NCBI GenBank assembly: GCA_051294375.1
Contig: CM119264.1
Location: 2,833,575 to 2,897,574 of the forward strand
Length of the DNA stretch: 64,000 bases
Direction: 5' to 3'
Origin: Paraspadella gotoi
Taxonomy: Eukaryota; Animalia; Chaetognatha
Part shown: positions 60,583-64,000 of the stretch, in pieces
Layout of the letters: each line of letters starts with the position of its first letter
Numbering within the stretch: the first letter of the stretch is position 1
Notes under the pieces: model-generated
Told to the model about the DNA's origin: nothing
Seen by the model: only the letters and a program-made list of their open reading frames with translations
Database searches by the model: none
Translations under genes and position numbers: made by a program

Positions 60583-61542
60583 AAAAAACCAAAAAAGGCA
60601 CTACTACAGCTTGAAAATATGTAGTCGTCCCTGTAATTTTTTCAATTTACAAACTTGTGACTTTTTGTATGTCTTACTTACAAATTGGTATAACTCTTTC
60701 TCCCGTGAAATAATCTATGGGATTCCTTATAAAAGTACTGACGAACTAATAGTACGGTTTTATACTTATGTACAGTTAATATGCTTCATCTGTACTTAGT
60801 AGGTACACTGTTATGATGATAGAATCTCCAATACATTGTAGGAATTGGTACACTTTTGGTACACATTTTCGGATATGCTCTTTTTATTTTTAGGTAGACT
60901 AGTCAAGTAGTCATTGTGAGTCAGTTCTCGCATGAATTCTACGAGCTAATTATATTAATTGATTCCATTTAGCCAACTATTTGCATCTTATGCATTTTTA
61001 CCTAAAAGTTCTTATTTTGATAGCGATACTCTTAATGCGCTTTTGTTTTTTTCCAAAAGTTGAAACCGGCAGAAAAGAAATTCCGTTCGTCAGACAATCT
61101 GAATCCGAACAAATGTCGTAAATAAACACGTGCCGTCCAAAAGGAAAAAAGAACTGGTTCCCGGCTTTTCCAACGAACCCGCTGATTTCTTCTAATTGTC
61201 TCCCGATTGTCTCGTCGAACCTTCCTAGTTTCAAACCCGGGAGCGAAACCGTCTGTTATTTCTTTGTTTTTTCCCCAAAGTAAAAGATTCCGTTTGATAC
61301 GAATCGTGATTCCTTTTATTCTTTTCGCCTCAGCAGATTTTTTTTTTCTCGATCGGATTTCGGCGACCAGAAAGAGACAGTCGCCGCTCACCCGGTCCGA
61401 AAAAAAAAATACAAATTAGAGCCGAGTTGCTCGAACCTACCTTCCAAGGAAAGTTTCCTCAAATCACCGAAACACTCTTTACAGTCTTTAGTCTTTACCC
61501 TTTCGCTCGTTCGCGGCGATCTCCGACTCGGGACGGGCGAAG

Positions 61543-64000
61543 ATGGCGTCCGTGTCATATCACATCGCCAATCTCTTGGAGAAGATGACCTCCACGGACA
61601 AGGACTTCCGATTCATGGCCGCCAATGACCTTATGGCCGAATTGCAGAAAGACTCCATCAAATTGGACGACGACAGCGAGAGAAAGGTCGTCAAGATGTT
61701 GCTCAAACTGCTGGAGGACAAGAATGGAGAGGTAATGGAGCCTACGGATGGTTCGATAGGTCATTTTAGTAATGTTAAAGCGGGTAACTATGTGATATTA
61801 TTCTTATTCTTGACGGTTGCATATCGCGGTTTAATTTGTTCTTTAGTTTTGAATTATTTTTATTGTATTTTTCCTTTGTTTCGTTGTGAATCATTTAGAA
61901 CAGTTTTGTTAGGAGATATTTTATTTCAAAATGAAACGGACATGTTTCGACTCACGTACGAGTCTTCTTCAGCACCAGTTCAATGTGTGAATTTGAAGTG
62001 AAATTTTGTGCATAAAGAAAGAGAGGGAGAGGAGAGAGAGACAGAGCAAAGTTTCCAACACAGAGTTTGAGAGAAAGGATAGTGATCAATTATTAGGGAC
62101 AGGTGAAGGTGAGGACAGAGATAGTTTGTGAAAAGAAAATTGAAATGGAGAGAGAGAGAGAAAGAGTGAGTGAGAGACTAAGGGGACAACATTTGTAGAC
62201 CCATAGTTCCCTTGCATCCATCCATCAATCCATCTAACAATCCATCCATCCTTGCCCACGATTCCTGACTCAAAACTTTGACTTTTAATGTTTTTAATAG
62301 TACTATCGGTACTATCGGTAGTTTATCAACGTGTGGACCGATAGAAAATTAATTCAAAAGCAAAAGTAATCCGAAATTGGTTTTCAATAATCACTTCATC
62401 AGGTGCAAAACCTGGCCGTTCGCTGCTTGGGACCCCTCGTCAACAAAGTCAAAGAATTCCAGGTGGAATCGATCGTGGAGGCTCTCTGCGCCAACATGGT
62501 CTCGGAGAAGGAGCAACTTCGCGACATCTCCTCCATCGGCCTCAAGACAGTCATCAACGAGCTCCCTCCTTCCTCCACCACCCTCGCCGCCAATATCTGT
62601 AAAAAGATCACAGGTGATGATTGGGAGGCGGGAACGCTCATCTCATTCATCCCCTCCTCATCTTTTCCTCCGCCAATTTCCAGGACGACTCTCCGCCGCC
62701 ATCTACCAGCAAGACGACGTGGCTGTTCAGCTGGAGGCGCTAGACATCCTTGGCGACCTATTGTCCCGCTTCGGCTCCCTCCTCTCACACTTCCACCCCT
62801 CCATCCAGGACGTCCTGCTGCCGCAGCTGGCGTCGCCGCGACTCGCCGTTCGCAAGAGAACTATCATCGCCCTCGGGTTAGTCATCGTATATTTAGTTGT
62901 TGAAATTTAAGGTTAGATTATGATGATGTAATCTGAGGGTTCCGATCGAATTATGGCCGTAGTTTGGACACGACCGCGCGACCTCTTATCACTTCTGTTA
63001 TCACGAGTTCGTAACAATGAGTAACATCGTCGATTGCACCAAGTGGCTCTCTGGTTCTGTTTCTAATTACAGCCCCGCTAGTAATCATGATAAACTCGAC
63101 TTGAATGCGCCCGTAGTTGTTGGTGACCATGAAGGTCCGAAACCCCCAACCTTCGCCGCCAGCATCCTATGCATTTTCCAGCAGTTAACTTCAATGAATT
63201 GCATTCTGAAACGCAGTTTCTTTCCCCCTCCAGCTACCTGGTGCTCTCGTCCAGCACGCCGCAATTCATGCAACTCATCGACTTCCTGGTAAAGGAATTG
63301 CAGAAGAACAAATCCATCTCCACCACGCGGACTTACATCCAGTGTCTCGGCGCCATCACCCGCCAGGCCGGCCATCGCGTCGGCGAGCATCTCGAGACCG
63401 TCATCCCGCTCGTCATCACCTTTTGCGACGAGGACGACGACGAGCTCCGAGAGTATTGCATTCAGGTGAGTGAAAGAGAAAAAGAGAGAGAGAGACTCGA
63501 CTTTATTTTTAAAAAAAATGTTATCCTCCAGGCTTTCGAGTCGTTCGTCCGGCGATGCCCAAAGGAAGTCTCGCCCCACATCCAGTCGATCATCGATATC
63601 TGCCTCAAGTTCCTCTGCTACGATCCCAACTACAACTACGACGATGACGACGACGACAACGAAGACGCTATGGACGTCGGAGACGAGGAGGAAGACGCCG
63701 AGTCAGAGGGTTAGATTGGCACTTAAATTAATTAATATATTTAACTAAAAGATCATTTAATTATGACCAAATTGTATGTTCAGACGATGAATATTCGGAC
63801 GACGACGACATGTCCTGGAAGATCCGCCGCGCGTCGGCCAAATGTCTCGACGCCGTTATCGCCACGCGACCGGAAATGCTCGCCGAACTTTACAAGTTAG
63901 CCGAAAATACGAACTCACATTACTTATTATTATAATTAAACAATCTTTTGTTTATCGTCAAATAACGAGGGTAAATAATAAGTGGCAAAGTATTTGGTTG
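61543..64000 (+). CDS. CAND1: Cullin-associated NEDD8-dissociated protein 1, 5' part; runs off the window
   Basis: [63 protein letters not shown]|[18 protein letters not shown]...[15 protein letters not shown]...YDPNYNY...[16 protein letters not shown]. Confidence 0.98.
61915..62180 (-). mobile_element. Hammerhead-bearing Penelope-like/retrozyme-like repeat in CAND1 intron 1
   Basis: Minus strand 61972-61939 reads CTGAAGA-A-GACTC-GTACGT-GAGTC-GAAA-CATGTC, then AATAAA. Body homologous to 21420-21600 (GTGCATAAAGAA-(GA)n-GCAAAGTTTCCAACACAGAGTT). Confidence 0.7.

Overview
Eukaryotic, animal-like genomic DNA with GC-rich exons, many 50-100 bp GT-AG introns, abundant (GA)n and several N gaps; I cannot identify the organism. 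Bases 1-14.7 kb are poorly assembled and include a ~4.3 kb tandem duplication that is probably a gap-filling artefact. They also contain an array of about 11 imperfect ~70-85 bp hairpins with conserved outer arms and variable inner stems (1.35-3.23 kb). Bases 14.8-27 kb hold MITEs, SINEs, Penelope-like fragments with hammerhead-ribozyme cores and a multi-exon orphan gene on the minus strand. From ~28.7 kb six genes run on the plus strand: an encore/ARPP21/R3HDM-type R3H-SUZ gene, a Tudor-domain gene, Cdc20/fizzy, a six-repeat beta-thymosin, an SLC5A7-like choline transporter and CAND1 (cut by the window end). The R3H gene carries two antisense nested genes: a matrix metalloproteinase that appears to have two hemopexin domains, and a two-exon orphan. 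Gene models were spliced by eye, so exon boundaries are approximate, and family calls rest on recognised motifs rather than database searches.
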